Source of the DNA: Geosiphon pyriformis uo1
Taxonomy: Eukaryota > Fungi > Glomeromycota
Assembly: GCA_016748015.1 (NCBI GenBank)
Contig: JAAOMT010000073.1
Span: forward strand, 62,001-126,000
Direction of reading: 5' to 3'
DNA length: 64,000 nucleotides
A program made the translations under genes and the position numbers. A model generated the notes under the pieces. The model was not told the origin of the DNA. It saw nothing but the letters and a program-made list of their open reading frames with translations, and searched no databases. Shown in pieces: positions 13,360 through 25,839 of the stretch (positions within the stretch are counted from its first letter, which is position 1; each line of letters starts with the position of its first letter).

Positions 13360-14072
13360 ACTCTAATAATTGTAATAAGAAAAGAAAAGAAAATAAAAGA
13401 AATATAAAAGAAATAGAATTTTTGTCAAGAGAAACGTTTTCTATCCAGGCCTGAAGTCACTAATAGTTTACTGAAATTGGTAGCTAATCAATTTCAAAAC
13501 ATTAGTTGGTTTTTGGGGATTTTCTAAGGGCAATAATTAAAGAATTTGGTTTTTCAAATTATTTGGTATTTATTTCTTTTTGTGTGTATAGAAATGGTTC
13601 TAAGTAATAAATATAAAGTAAAATACATTTTCCAGAAGAGAAAAGCTCTTCTTTTATACAACTTGTTGTAATACTAGTTTATGAACTTGCACTTTTTTCT
13701 CTTTGCCTAAATTCCGGCAAACTAAAAATACATTTTGATGAACTACAAGTTATTTCGCTGAACTATTGATTAATTTGGGTGAACTATTCATAATTTCGGC
13801 AAATTTCTGTAAATTTCAGCAAATTTCTTATAAATTTCAGCAAATTTCTGTAAATTTCGGCGAATTTTTGAATGTTACAGAGTTCAGGGTATTGTGTAAT
13901 TTGATCATCTTACTTTCTGTTATACTAATTAAATTATTTTAATTGAATCGTGATATGTGATAATTGATTAAATAATAAATGATAATTTGAAATGATATTA
14001 ATATACTAATGAATTATAGGAATTATAAGGGTAATTTCATGCTAATTAATAGCTAAAATTCTACTGGTAACA
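13360..14072 (-). repeat. 5' LTR of A1 (visible part)
   Basis: Near-identical to about 4830-5541; ends GGTAACA. Confidence 0.92.
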
Positions 14073-14862
14073 CTGATCAATATGTTATGCCTGTTGGGAG
14101 ACTGGTTTGGGTTTTAATATAATTCTTGATGTTATGATTAAGGAAATAGATTGGGGGGCTACTACAACAGTTTGGCATTCTAACTCATACATGTTTTCTG
14201 GGTTTACCAGTAAAAAGTCAGCCAATCTTCATATGTATTTGATGAAAGCTGTCTATATGCAACTGCCAGTTGCAGTTAGGAAAAGATTGTATAACAAAGG
14301 TTATCTTGGAGTGTTGTGTTTGTTGTGTAACAAGATGGAACTATCTGATCATGTTTTTACTTGTTTTGGTAACTTTGGTCTTCATGAAGACATTTTGGTT
14401 GAAACTGCTAAAAAATAGATGTCAATGTCTGGTCTTTTGTGTTTGTCTGCATCTACTATTCTGCTTTTGCTTTTATTGTGTTCTTCAGATGTGAGTCTTT
14501 ATACAGTGGTTTGCAAGAGTTTTGTGATGAAAGATTGGTATGTTAAAGCTGTCTCAGTTTTTGAGGGGAAAAAGGAGACTGCACTAGCTTTGGTAGAATA
14601 TGTTAGATTTGTGGTGGAGTTGTATTATATTAAAATATAGACTATTAGGACCAAGTATAAGGTGGATATAAAAAAGGCTGGCTTGGTTGAGGATAATAGT
14701 TTGGTGTCTGGTTTGTCTGATAGTGTAGTTTCTAAGTTGTTAGCTAGTGTGATTTGTATGCTTAGTGTCATAGTATTTTTTGCTGTTGGATTTAATAAAC
14801 ACAAATTGTGTCATTTTTTCTCTAACTTGGGTGGTAATGCTTTTGTTGGTATAAGTATATAG
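14073..14862 (+). pseudogene. LINE-1 ORF2 C-terminus with Cys/His motif
   Basis: QLPVAVRKRLY...CLLC...DHVFTC; paralogous to 16065-16805. Confidence 0.85.
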
Positions 14863-15003
14863 TATTGCCTTGTCTGGCTTAAGTAGCTGACCACATATAG
14901 TTTGTGCATAAGCTGTATTTAGTTGGTTTCACTTAATTTGGTTTTATATACTAGATAGCAGTTAGGCTTCACTCATAAAACTTGTAATAAAAAAATAAAA
15001 AAA

Positions 15004-15925
15004 TTAAAACCAAATTTAACAAATTTAAATTTTTTAAAATAAATAACATAAAACAAAAAACTTTTTTTATTAATTTTTAAATTAAAATTCTAATATTCAA
15101 TTTAATTTGGCCTAAATTTAATTTAATTATTAAAAATTATATTATATTATTAATTAATTTTTCTTTTAATAATTTTTATATTTATAATTAAAAATATTAT
15201 ACTATTCTTATAATTTTAAGTATTAAGTAAAATTTTATATTTGCAATATTATTTTTACTTATAAAAAAAGTATATTCAGAAACAATAAATAATTTTTGAA
15301 TTGTTAAATAATTATAAATTATATATATAAAATAAAAAAATTGTTTAGTATGTTTAAATATTAAATTTTTAATAAAAATAATAACTTAAATATAGTTTTT
15401 TAGTTAAATTGATCAAAAAATTATAAAAAAATAGCAATTTTATTTGCTAAAATATTTTTTTAATTAACTTATAATTTTTGTTTTTTCTTATAATATTTTT
15501 TTATTTTAATATATACTATTTATTAAAAAATTTTTATAAAAGTTTAATAGTATTTATAGTTTTACAAAAAAAATAGTTTATATACATATTTTAAAATTAT
15601 ATATTTAGCTGTTTTTTTTTTTGTCTATTTAAACTTATCAAAATAGTTTTATATTTTATTCTAAAAATTATATTTACCAGAAATATTAATATTTAAATTA
15701 TTTAAGTTATTAAATTTTATTATTTTAAATTTTAAATTTTTAGTAATATTAAACAATAAGTTTATTTTAATAAGTTAAAAAATAAAATTGTTATATATAT
15801 ATATTTTTAATTAATTATTAAATTTAAACAAATTTTTAAACTTTAAACCAAATTAGAATATTTAAACTTGTCAAAAAGATATAACTTTAAACTTAAATCA
15901 AATTTATTTTAAAAATTTGGTTTAG
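15004..15925. other. Very AT-rich spacer between the two LINE tails
   Basis: No ORF; AAACCAAATTT-like motifs in inverted orientation at both ends. Confidence 0.7.
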
Positions 15926-16064
15926 TTTTTTTTTTTTTTTTTAAATATTTAACAAATAAAGTCTAAACACTGCCTAGTGCAATACATCATACGAATGATC
16001 TAAACTAGGTGTGAATCATGTACTTTCTACACATAACCAGCCACTCGAACCAATCAAGACAACA

Positions 16065-17713
16065 CTATACACTTATATAAACAGAAACTTCATCATTTAT
16101 GTCTAAAAAAAACAAACAAGACTTACAAAAACCAAAACCAACACCAATTGCCTTAGCAATACCCAGCAATCTAATCATGCCCACTAACAGCACTGAAGGA
16201 AGCCCAAAAATTGAGATAAAAACAGATCTATCATGTGGAATAAGTCCATTTTTTTCCATAAAAGCACGGTGCTTAGCATAAACCAACCAAATGTTTTCCC
16301 AAAAAGCATGACTAAACTCATGCACAAAGGCCACAATTTTCTGACTTGCTACTTTGGAATCCTTGAAAACAGAGACAGACTTATGAAACCAATTCTTCAA
16401 AACAAAACTCTTGTATAGACCAGTGCTAACCAAAATGTCAGACAAACAAGTGAACAACAGCTGTGAGACAACTGAAAAAGAATAACCTAAACTGGATCGC
16501 ACTCCCCAAGCTAATCCATGAGAGTCCAACAAATGAGCATGATTATTGGCATCAAACAAACAAGAAAAAGCATGGTTCAAGACTTCAATATCACCATAGA
16601 ACAAACACACCACACTAGAGTAACTCTTATTATAAAGCTGTTTATGCATGACAACAGAGAGCTGAAAGTGCAATGCCTTCATAAAATATGTCTGGAAACC
16701 AGCAGTCTGCTTGCTAATGAAGCCAGCAGCCATGTGAGAGTCCGGATGCCAAACCAGTGATGATCTGAACCAATCAATATCTGCATGCAGACTATCTATC
16801 ACCACTCATGAACCAGAACTGATTTCCCAATGTGCACAATAGACTGACTGAAAAACATCCTAAACAAAATGCTTAGAATTACCAGAAATGGCAGCACCAC
16901 CAACCTTAAGATAGTATTTATTGATAGAATAGGGCAGATTCCAGCTAGAGAGAACTGCAGCTCTGGCCAACTCATTCGCACACTTATTGTCCAAAACACC
17001 CAAATGGCCTTTGACTTTATACCAATTAACATTCAAATTTTTATAATGAACAATGTTTACAATATGGCAATGTTCAATTCAACACTGATTTCTAAAATCT
17101 GAATAAACCAAATCCAACTTCAACTTGCAAGCATCCAAAGCTGCTTGACTGTCCGAGAACAAATCAATCGAGTAAGAAGGAGGAACACATTCGAGAGCTA
17201 GAGCAATGGCCTACAACTCTGTCAAAGTAGAAGACATCAAATCAGAAACTCTTATACTCAAACTCATATCAATGTTCTCAAAGAAAACAGCAGCCCCAGC
17301 TTTCATATCAACAGACCTCAAGCTACTCAAAGATCCATCTATATAGACAGAAAAGCAACCAACATCAAAACACAACAAATTGGCACTAATAGCACTAAAC
17401 TCACAAGAACAAAGAATATTTGAAGAGCTGCCATCATCCAAAGGTGAGGAATAGACAAAAAGAGAGAATGCACCACCAAAAAATCAAACAGAAAGTTCAA
17501 ACCAGGCAGAAACTGAATCATGCGGGTCCAACCACTTCCACTGCTTGAAAGTTTTCCAATCAAAAATAGCCTTACTTCAGTCAAGCAGCTGGTCCACGAA
17601 GACAATTCTATAATGCTAAAATAAAAAGACACACTTAAAATAAGTTAATTCTCCAAGAACACAAGACATAGGGGTTCCACTCCGATAATAAAAAGCATCA
17701 GTCAGGAAGCCAC
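16065..17713 (-). pseudogene. LINE-2 ORF2 C-terminal part (RNase H, Cys motif)
   Basis: YIDGSL...STLTEL; homologous to LINE-1 ORF2. Confidence 0.87.
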
Positions 17714-18050
17714 TGTTACCAGATGAAATTAGAGATATTATTTAGCATGAAATTATCTTATAATTCCTATCATTAATTAGCATATATTATCATTTCAAAT
17801 GATCACATATTACATTAGCAAAAATGTCCGAAATTATCATTTAATTAATAATTCAAATTGTACACAACACAAATGTAACCTAATTGTGATGATCAATCAT
17901 GCAATACCCCGAACTATGTAACATTCAGAAGTTCACCAAAATTTGTAGAAATTTGCCGAAATAATTGATAGTTCACCGAAATATCTAATAGTTTGCCGAA
18001 ATAACTTATAGTTTGCCGAAATGTATCTTTAGTTCAGCGAAATTGTAGAA
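17714..18050 (+). repeat. 5' LTR of A2 (visible part)
   Basis: Matches 26497-26833. Confidence 0.92.
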
Positions 18051-18768
18051 NNNNNNNNNNNNNNNNNNNNNNNNNNNNNNNNNNNNNNNNNNNNNNNNNN
18101 NNNNNNNNNNNNNNNNNNNNNNNNNNNNNNNNNNNNNNNNNNNNNNNNNNNNNNNNNNNNNNNNNNNNNNNNNNNNNNNNNNNNNNNNNNNNNNNNNNNN
18201 NNNNNNNNNNNNNNNNNNNNNNNNNNNNNNNNNNNNNNNNNNNNNNNNNNNNNNNNNNNNNNNNNNNNNNNNNNNNNNNNNNNNNNNNNNNNNNNNNNNN
18301 NNNNNNNNNNNNNNNNNNNNNNNNNNNNNNNNNNNNNNNNNNNNNNNNNNNNNNNNNNNNNNNNNNNNNNNNNNNNNNNNNNNNNNNNNNNNNNNNNNNN
18401 NNNNNNNNNNNNNNNNNNNNNNNNNNNNNNNNNNNNNNNNNNNNNNNNNNNNNNNNNNNNNNNNNNNNNNNNNNNNNNNNNNNNNNNNNNNNNNNNNNNN
18501 NNNNNNNNNNNNNNNNNNNNNNNNNNNNNNNNNNNNNNNNNNNNNNNNNNNNNNNNNNNNNNNNNNNNNNNNNNNNNNNNNNNNNNNNNNNNNNNNNNNN
18601 NNNNNNNNNNNNNNNNNNNNNNNNNNNNNNNNNNNNNNNNNNNNNNNNNNNNNNNNNNNNNNNNNNNNNNNNNNNNNNNNNNNNNNNNNNNNNNNNNNNN
18701 NNNNNNNNNNNNNNNNNNNNNNNNNNNNNNNNNNNNNNNNNNNNNNNNNNNNNNNNNNNNNNNNNNNN
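18051..18768. other. Assembly gap (covers A2 U5/PBS)
   Basis: N run. Confidence 1.
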
Positions 18769-18769
18769 G

Positions 18770-21700
18770 AAATCAGTATACCAATACATTGAAAACTGCA
18801 TCAACAATTATTTTTTTGGAAATTACAATATCTCAGAAGTTAGAAGCAACCTTTACAATAATTTAGCACACTATTCACAGTTGGGAACTGAAGACCTTAA
18901 TAGTGAAACACTTGCCACTTACTTTCACGAACTTAATTATAACATTATCAAATACTGTGAAGAAACATATCCAGTGCAGTCTCAATACACTATTGATTTT
19001 GAATCGGAAACAGAAACAAGCAACAAAGGCAAAAACAAATTAAAGCAATATTCAAGAACCACCCCAAATACTCCAACACTACCAAAAACAACTGCTAAAC
19101 ATTTACAAACACCTGAACAAAAAACCAGTTCAAAACTTCCATTTACTATCACACCTTTTCCAGCCTCACTTGTACAAGCACAAACACCTAATTCACCCTT
19201 AAATTGATTTGCAAGACCAGAAGATTTTACATCACTCAGAAGTTCCACCAGACAACAAGAACCCCTTCAAACTAGTTCCAATCTCCTTGATTTTCTAGCT
19301 GAAAATCAAAGTGAACACTCTGAGACAGCAGTAAATGAAGAAAACAACTCTGAAATAACCGAAGAAGAATCAATAGACAGTGAAAACGAAGAAAACGAAA
19401 TAACAACATACATTGCAAAAATCCCTGAATTCAATAGAGAAGATATTGAGACCAGTCCCCAAGAATGGCTTGACTAAGTTACTAAAGCTGGAGATGCAAA
19501 TGGATGGAACGCTGCCAGAATGTTAAGAACAATTCCTTACTTTCTCAAAGAAACAGCAGAAAAATGGTTTGAAAACCTTGCCGCCTCATTCAATGATTGG
19601 AATGCTTTCAAAGCAGCCTTTCTTGAACAGTTTATTGACAATAATACCTCTATCACTCTTCGCAATTGTTTTCGAAATATCAAACAAGAATCCTCTGAAT
19701 CCGTTATGACTTATATTGGGAAATTCAACAAACTTCTCAGACGGATTTGCCAACTCAAGACAAACAATTATTATTCTGATGCTCAAATCTTGGATCAATT
19801 TATCGCTGGTCTAAAAGATAAACTAATTAAAAAGGTTTGCTCACATGTGCCAGAAGATTTAAACTCTGCAATACAGCATGTGAAAAGATACAAAATGGCC
19901 ATAAAAGAAGCCAATCATACAAAACTTGTAAATTTGGCAATTGGAGAAACCAGCTCAGCAGCTGAGAAAAAAATTGACCAACTCACAAAGAAGGTCAAAA
20001 ACTATTTTACCAACCAACAACAACAACAACCCCAAAGATATCAACCACCCCAAAGACAAAATCAAAATAACTTTGCACCACTTTCAAATAACCAGCCCCA
20101 GAATTGCCATTACTGTGGAATCTCTGGCCACTGGAAAAGAGATTGCAGAAAGCTACAGTGAGACCAACAAAACAGAGGTAATCAACATTATTCTCCACTA
20201 CAGCAATCTTATTATCAACTATTACCACCAGCTTACTATCCACCAAGACCCCAATACCAAAATAACTATTATCAGCCCGCCCCACAACCAATCCAACAGC
20301 AATACCAACAACTACCCACACAACATTATCAAGTACCTGCTCGAAGACTGATTACACAAAATCAATTCACACCACAAAACCGATACCAAGTAAACAACAA
20401 TAGAATCAGTCCAAACAACCAATTGGTTCCCCAAAATACCACTCAACCAAGATCCAACTCTTACCACACTCAACCCAGTTATTTAACAATGCCGGAAGAA
20501 CAGAATTTTCACCATACTACACCCTCGGAAGATAGAGCTGCAGCCCAACAACAACGAAACCTTTCTCATAACCACACCACTATTCCACCAGCCCGAATTG
20601 CTGAAAATGCCAATCTCTCTGATATCTTTCTTTTTGAATTTGAAGCAAATAAATCACCATTCTTGCTTAGCAATGCAGCGGCTAATGAGCAAAAAGCCAT
20701 CACTGCAATGTACACAAAAGCTGAAGTAGAAGGAAAGCCAATTCGTTTGATCCTAGACAGTGGATCCACCGGAAGCATTATTACCTACCAGTTAATGCAA
20801 CAGTTGAAAAGAAATGTTGACCGACCAGCTCAAACAGTAATCGTCACTGCCGATGGCATGAAAAAGACTCCAGTAGGAGAAATTGACAATTTTCCATTCA
20901 CTCTTGATGGAATCACCATTCCAGTCAAAGTTTTTGTAATGGACGCACCCCAATACCAAGCTCTTGTCGGAAATGATTGGCTTCAAAAAGCCAATGCTAA
21001 TCTGAACTGGGAAACACAAGAGTTAACAATCTCCTACCAAGGACAACACGCCCGGATACCTGCCATTTGTGGTACATTCAACAAACGCTCTGAAAAAGCC
21101 CCAGCTTTTGAATTTGAACCAGAAGAAGAAAAACCAATAATCGAAACATTCATGGCTCTTGGATCAACGTCCAACTGGGCCGATGAAACAGAACAAGAAC
21201 ATTTTACACCATACACTAAACCTGAAACCTCTGGATAGAATATACCTTACTCAAAACCCAAACCAAGAAAACAATGCCCCTATATTCTCCTTAAATATAA
21301 GGACTGCCACAAGAAACTATCATCAATGGGAGCCTGCATTTCACCTGAAGAAGAATATGAGAATCATACTTGTTATTACTGCAAGACTTGCCACAGAGAG
21401 CGATAAGACCATCTAATAAAAAAGAGTGGAAAATGGGACAACACTCCTTGTTTGACTTGTGGGGATATGCTACCAGAAGAATACAATTGGATTGATGTAG
21501 CAATGAGAGGAGGTGTCTGCAATCAGACCTGCCAATATGCTTTATCAATTTCAGAAAAAGTAAAAAGAGGAACACCCTTTAATGCAGCATACAATAGTGC
21601 TTTCAACAAACTTTATCACTACCCTCATGATGCTGAGATGATTTTCGACTTAGCAATGGCATTAATTAATGGAGCTACCAAAGAAAATGTTCGTCAAATG

Positions 21701-24700
21701 AAGGAAGCAGAATACATTGAATACACTATGGAATTAGCTGGATTTGATTATGAAGATAAAGTAGAAGTCTATCACCAAATTGCAAGTCACACCTACCCGA
21801 TCCAAGAAGCTCAAATTCAACAATTAGAGCAAATGAACATTAGGCTATATGAAGAATGCATTATGCCTTGCGATGAACAATGATGTCCCGAATGCTATGC
21901 TCTTAGTATCCCCTTGCCCAGCGAAAATGATGAGAATAAAATTGAATTTGGAGAACCTAAAAAAACGGAAGAAATTGAAACAACACCCATCTATCTTATC
22001 AAAAATCAGCCTGCCTTACAACTTAAATACTTCAACAACAACGGACAAGGAATAAAACCTGAAAAAGCACACAAAATTGATGCTGAATATGACCTAAGAT
22101 ATCCAGGCAAGAATACTTTTGTTCTCAAACCCAAATTTCTCACAAAAATCAACCTCAAAATTGCACTCGAAATCCCACCAGGAGCAATGGTTCAAATCAC
22201 CTCTCAGTCCTCTCTGGCAAGCAAAGGAATCAATGTCAGAGGAGGAATAATTGATGCTGGATATACTGGAGACATAACAGTGATGCTTCAAAATGAAACT
22301 GACAAACCATTTAAGATCGAACATGCTGAAAAAATTGCCCAAGCTATTTACCTACCCTTAATCAACATTTCGGATTTGCAACTAGTCAATCAAAGAGAAC
22401 AATTAGGAAAAAGCAATAGAGAAACCCAAGGCTTTGGTTCAACTGGATGATTCACAGTTCCAGTTAATATAGCTCTTAACACACAGAACAAATCCCACCA
22501 GATTCTCAGACTTCCACAACCAATTACCATTTCACCCTTTGGAGAACATCCAGAAATTTACACTTGCACAAAGCCAACAACCACACAACAAATTTTTGAG
22601 TCCAATGAACAAGTCTACTTGAAACATAATATTTTGATCCCAAACATTTATATTCCAGAAGGAACAAAGAAAGTCCGAGTTACTTTTTACAACCCCAATA
22701 ATTATCCCATAATTTTATTAAATAATTTAGAAATTGGAGTTATTCACAGTAATATATTTCAACAAGAATTACCCCAAACAGTTCCCGATTTTCCTGAAAT
22801 TATTGGACATTCACTACTGAAAATCAACCCAAACCCTAGCTCTGAAAACTATCATGTTGTCATGGAAAAACTATCTCGAATCAACATGAGACAACTTGAA
22901 CTACAACAACAGACCCAGCTCAAAGAACTAATTGCAGAATTTGCTGATATTTTTGCCAAAAACAACAATGACTTAGGAAGAACTGATTTGGTTCAACACC
23001 AAATCTATACAGGAGATGCCAAACCCAGGTGACAACAAGCCTACTGAGTTGCTTCAGAAAGTCACCAATTTATCCGAGAAGAAGTACAATGGATGCTTAA
23101 CAATGGGCTTATTCAACCATCAATGAGCCCATGGGCCTCACCTGTGGTTCTAGTTAAAAAGAAAAATGGAAAGATACAATTTTGTGTTGATTATCGACAA
23201 CTCAACAGTGTTACCATTGGGGATGCCTACTCTCTTCTCCGAATTGATGACATGTTGGATGCTCTTGGAAAGTCCAAATACTTTTCAACATTAGATTTAG
23301 AGAGTGAATACTGGCAAGTTGCTATGGATCCCAAAGACCGCCCCAAAACAGCATTCACTACTCAAGGAGGAAATTACAAGTTCAATATAATGTCTTTCAG
23401 ATTATGCAATGCACCAGCAACATTCCAAAGACTCATAGATGTTGTTTACAAAGGCCTTCTTTGGAAATCAGTAGTAGTTTATCTTGATGACACTGATGTT
23501 TATTCACCATCTTTCGAGCTACATTTAATTCACCTGCGAGAAGTTTTTCAATGATTATGGAAAGCAAGATTGAAATTGAACATTGAAAAATGCTACTTCG
23601 GAAAGACAAGTTTAGCTTTTCTTGGTCACATTGTTAGCAAAGATGGAATTAAACCAGACCCCGGAAAAATCAGTACTGTCAAAAACTTCAAGACTCCACG
23701 AAATACCACAGAATTAAGAGGATTTATTGGATTAGCATCCTATTACCAAAAATTCATCAAAGGATTCTCAGAAATTGCAAAACCCCTCAACCAGCTCACT
23801 ATGAAAAATGTCAAATACAAATGAACAAAAAAACACCAAAATGCCTTCGAGATACTTAAGGAAAAACTCACAACAGTCCCAATCCTCGCCTACTCAGACT
23901 TCAGCAACCGATTTCAGTTAGCAACTGACACTTTTTATACTGCCTTTGGTGCCATCCTATTACAGTTAGATGACAATGGAAATGAGCGAGTAATTGCTTA
24001 TGCTAGTAGAACATTAAAGCCAGCCAAAAAAAACTACCCTGCAACAGAATTAGAAACTGCAGCAGTAATCTGGGCCCTACATCACTTCAACCTTTACCTC
24101 AGACCCAAAGAATTTGATATTATCACTGATAATATTGGACTTAAATGGCTTCAAAACAAAAACACTCAGCTGAACGCAAAACAAACCCGATGGACAGGAT
24201 TTTTAGTTAATTACTAATACATCGTACACCACAAACCAGGAAAACTCCACACCAATGTTAATTGTCTCTCAAGGATGAGGCAAAATTAGAAACAAAACCA
24301 ACACCCATTTGAATTAACAGCATCAAAACAACAAACAATGAACCCCGAAAACTACAACAATCTCAAACAATATTTGGAGACATTAACAATCCCAATCGAT
24401 TGGTCCCCAGACGAAAAACATCGGTTACAACAACAAGCCAAACAATATTTTCTACATAACAACATTATCTATCATCGAAATTTCAAAAACCCAACCAAAC
24501 CACTCAGATTAATACAAGAACAGGAAAAAGAGACCATTTTATATAACATGCACTCGGATCCTTCATCAGCACACTTCGGAAAAGATAGTACCACCCAAAG
24601 AACACTAGAATACTACTTTTGGCCTTGAATAAGAAAAGACATTCACGAATATGTCAAATCTTGTGATAATTGTCAAAGAAGAGGAGGAACTCGTCCTACA

Positions 24701-25723
24701 GAACCTTTAAATCCAATCAAAGTTGGACAGTCTTTTGACAGAGTTGGTATCAATTTAGTCGGACCACTATCTATTACCACTCAAGGAAACTGTTATATTG
24801 CAGTAGCTGTAGACTATCTTACTAAATAGCCTGAAGCCAGAGCCATTCAACGAGCAGATGCAAAATCAGTAGCAAATTTTATCTACGAAGACATCATTTG
24901 TAGGCATAGATGTTCAATTGAACTTTTATCCGATCAGGGAACACACTTTGTGAACAACCTGATACAAGAAATTTGTGAATGATTCAATGTCAAAAGACCT
25001 CTGTCTTCGCCCTACCATTCACAAACAAATGGACTTGTGGAATGTTTTAACAGAACATTGTGTGAGTCATTAGCCAAAGTCTCAACCAATTTTGAGCAAG
25101 AATGGGATTTCTTTATTCCATCAGTGTTACTAGGATATAAGACATTAAAACAAGATACCACAAAACACACACCATTTGATTTAACTTATGAAAGGACAGC
25201 AACGTTACCAATTAGTTTCACAGTGAAAACATACCCAGCACAACTGATCGATGAAAACAATTTTCAAGAAACACTTCAGCAAAGAGCCTATACTCTGCTT
25301 AGTACATTGGAAGGAAAACGACGAATAGCAGCCACCCATATTGAACACTCCCAAGCTCAACAAAAAAAACGGCATGATGACAAATTGCCTTTAGTCACCA
25401 ATAAATTCAAAATTGGAAACAAAGTTCTCTTACACAGAACTAAAGCTGAAAAACAATGGAGTGGAAAATTTGAAAATAAATGGGATGGACCATTCTTTAT
25501 CCATGAAGTCTTAGGCAATGGATCATACAAGCTAAGACTTGATGACAAAATCTTAACAAAAGTTGCACATGGAAATCGTTTGAAACACTATCATTCCAGA
25601 AACAATCCTGAACCATTAATTCCACAAATTGGTACACATTTTTTTTTGGTCAGTCCCGAAGATATTCCCCGAAACTTAGAACCAATAGTTGTCATTGAAC
25701 AACCTTCCAACCTGAACACTTAA
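18770..25723 (+). pseudogene. gag-pol: A2 gag-pol polyprotein, single frame, nonsense-disrupted
   Basis: All ORF fragments 18881-25723 share a frame; CHYCGISGHWKRDC, LILDSGS, YLDD, integrase core, WDGPF. Confidence 0.93.
22050..22447 (+). pseudogene. dut: dUTPase domain in A2 Pol
   Basis: Five trimeric dUTPase motifs: DAEYDL, SQSSLA, GIIDAGYTG, KIAQAI, RETQGFGSTG. Confidence 0.93.
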
Positions 25724-25839
25724 TTTAATTTTACTAGTCATTTTTTTATAATTTAGAAACAATCTCACAAAAACAAAAACAAAAATAACATAAAAACTCA
25801 TACACCAAAAATAATTTTTATTTTTTTCAATTGCTTATA

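Larger units (their letters stand above)
4527..14072 (-). mobile_element. Ty3/Gypsy family A element A1
   Basis: TGTTA...TAACA termini, paired LTRs, TSD CTGG (4523-4526) / CTGA (14073-14076), PR-RT-RH-IN order. Confidence 0.93.
2025..15003 (+). mobile_element. LINE-1 (non-LTR retrotransposon, RT + RNase H), split by element A1; 5' part outside window
   Basis: Reading frame rejoins across 4526/14073; A-rich tail 14989-15003. Confidence 0.9.

Noticed and set aside
12840-13454. Long ORFs spanning N runs (also 18034-18807)
   Set aside because: Artifacts of translating gaps.
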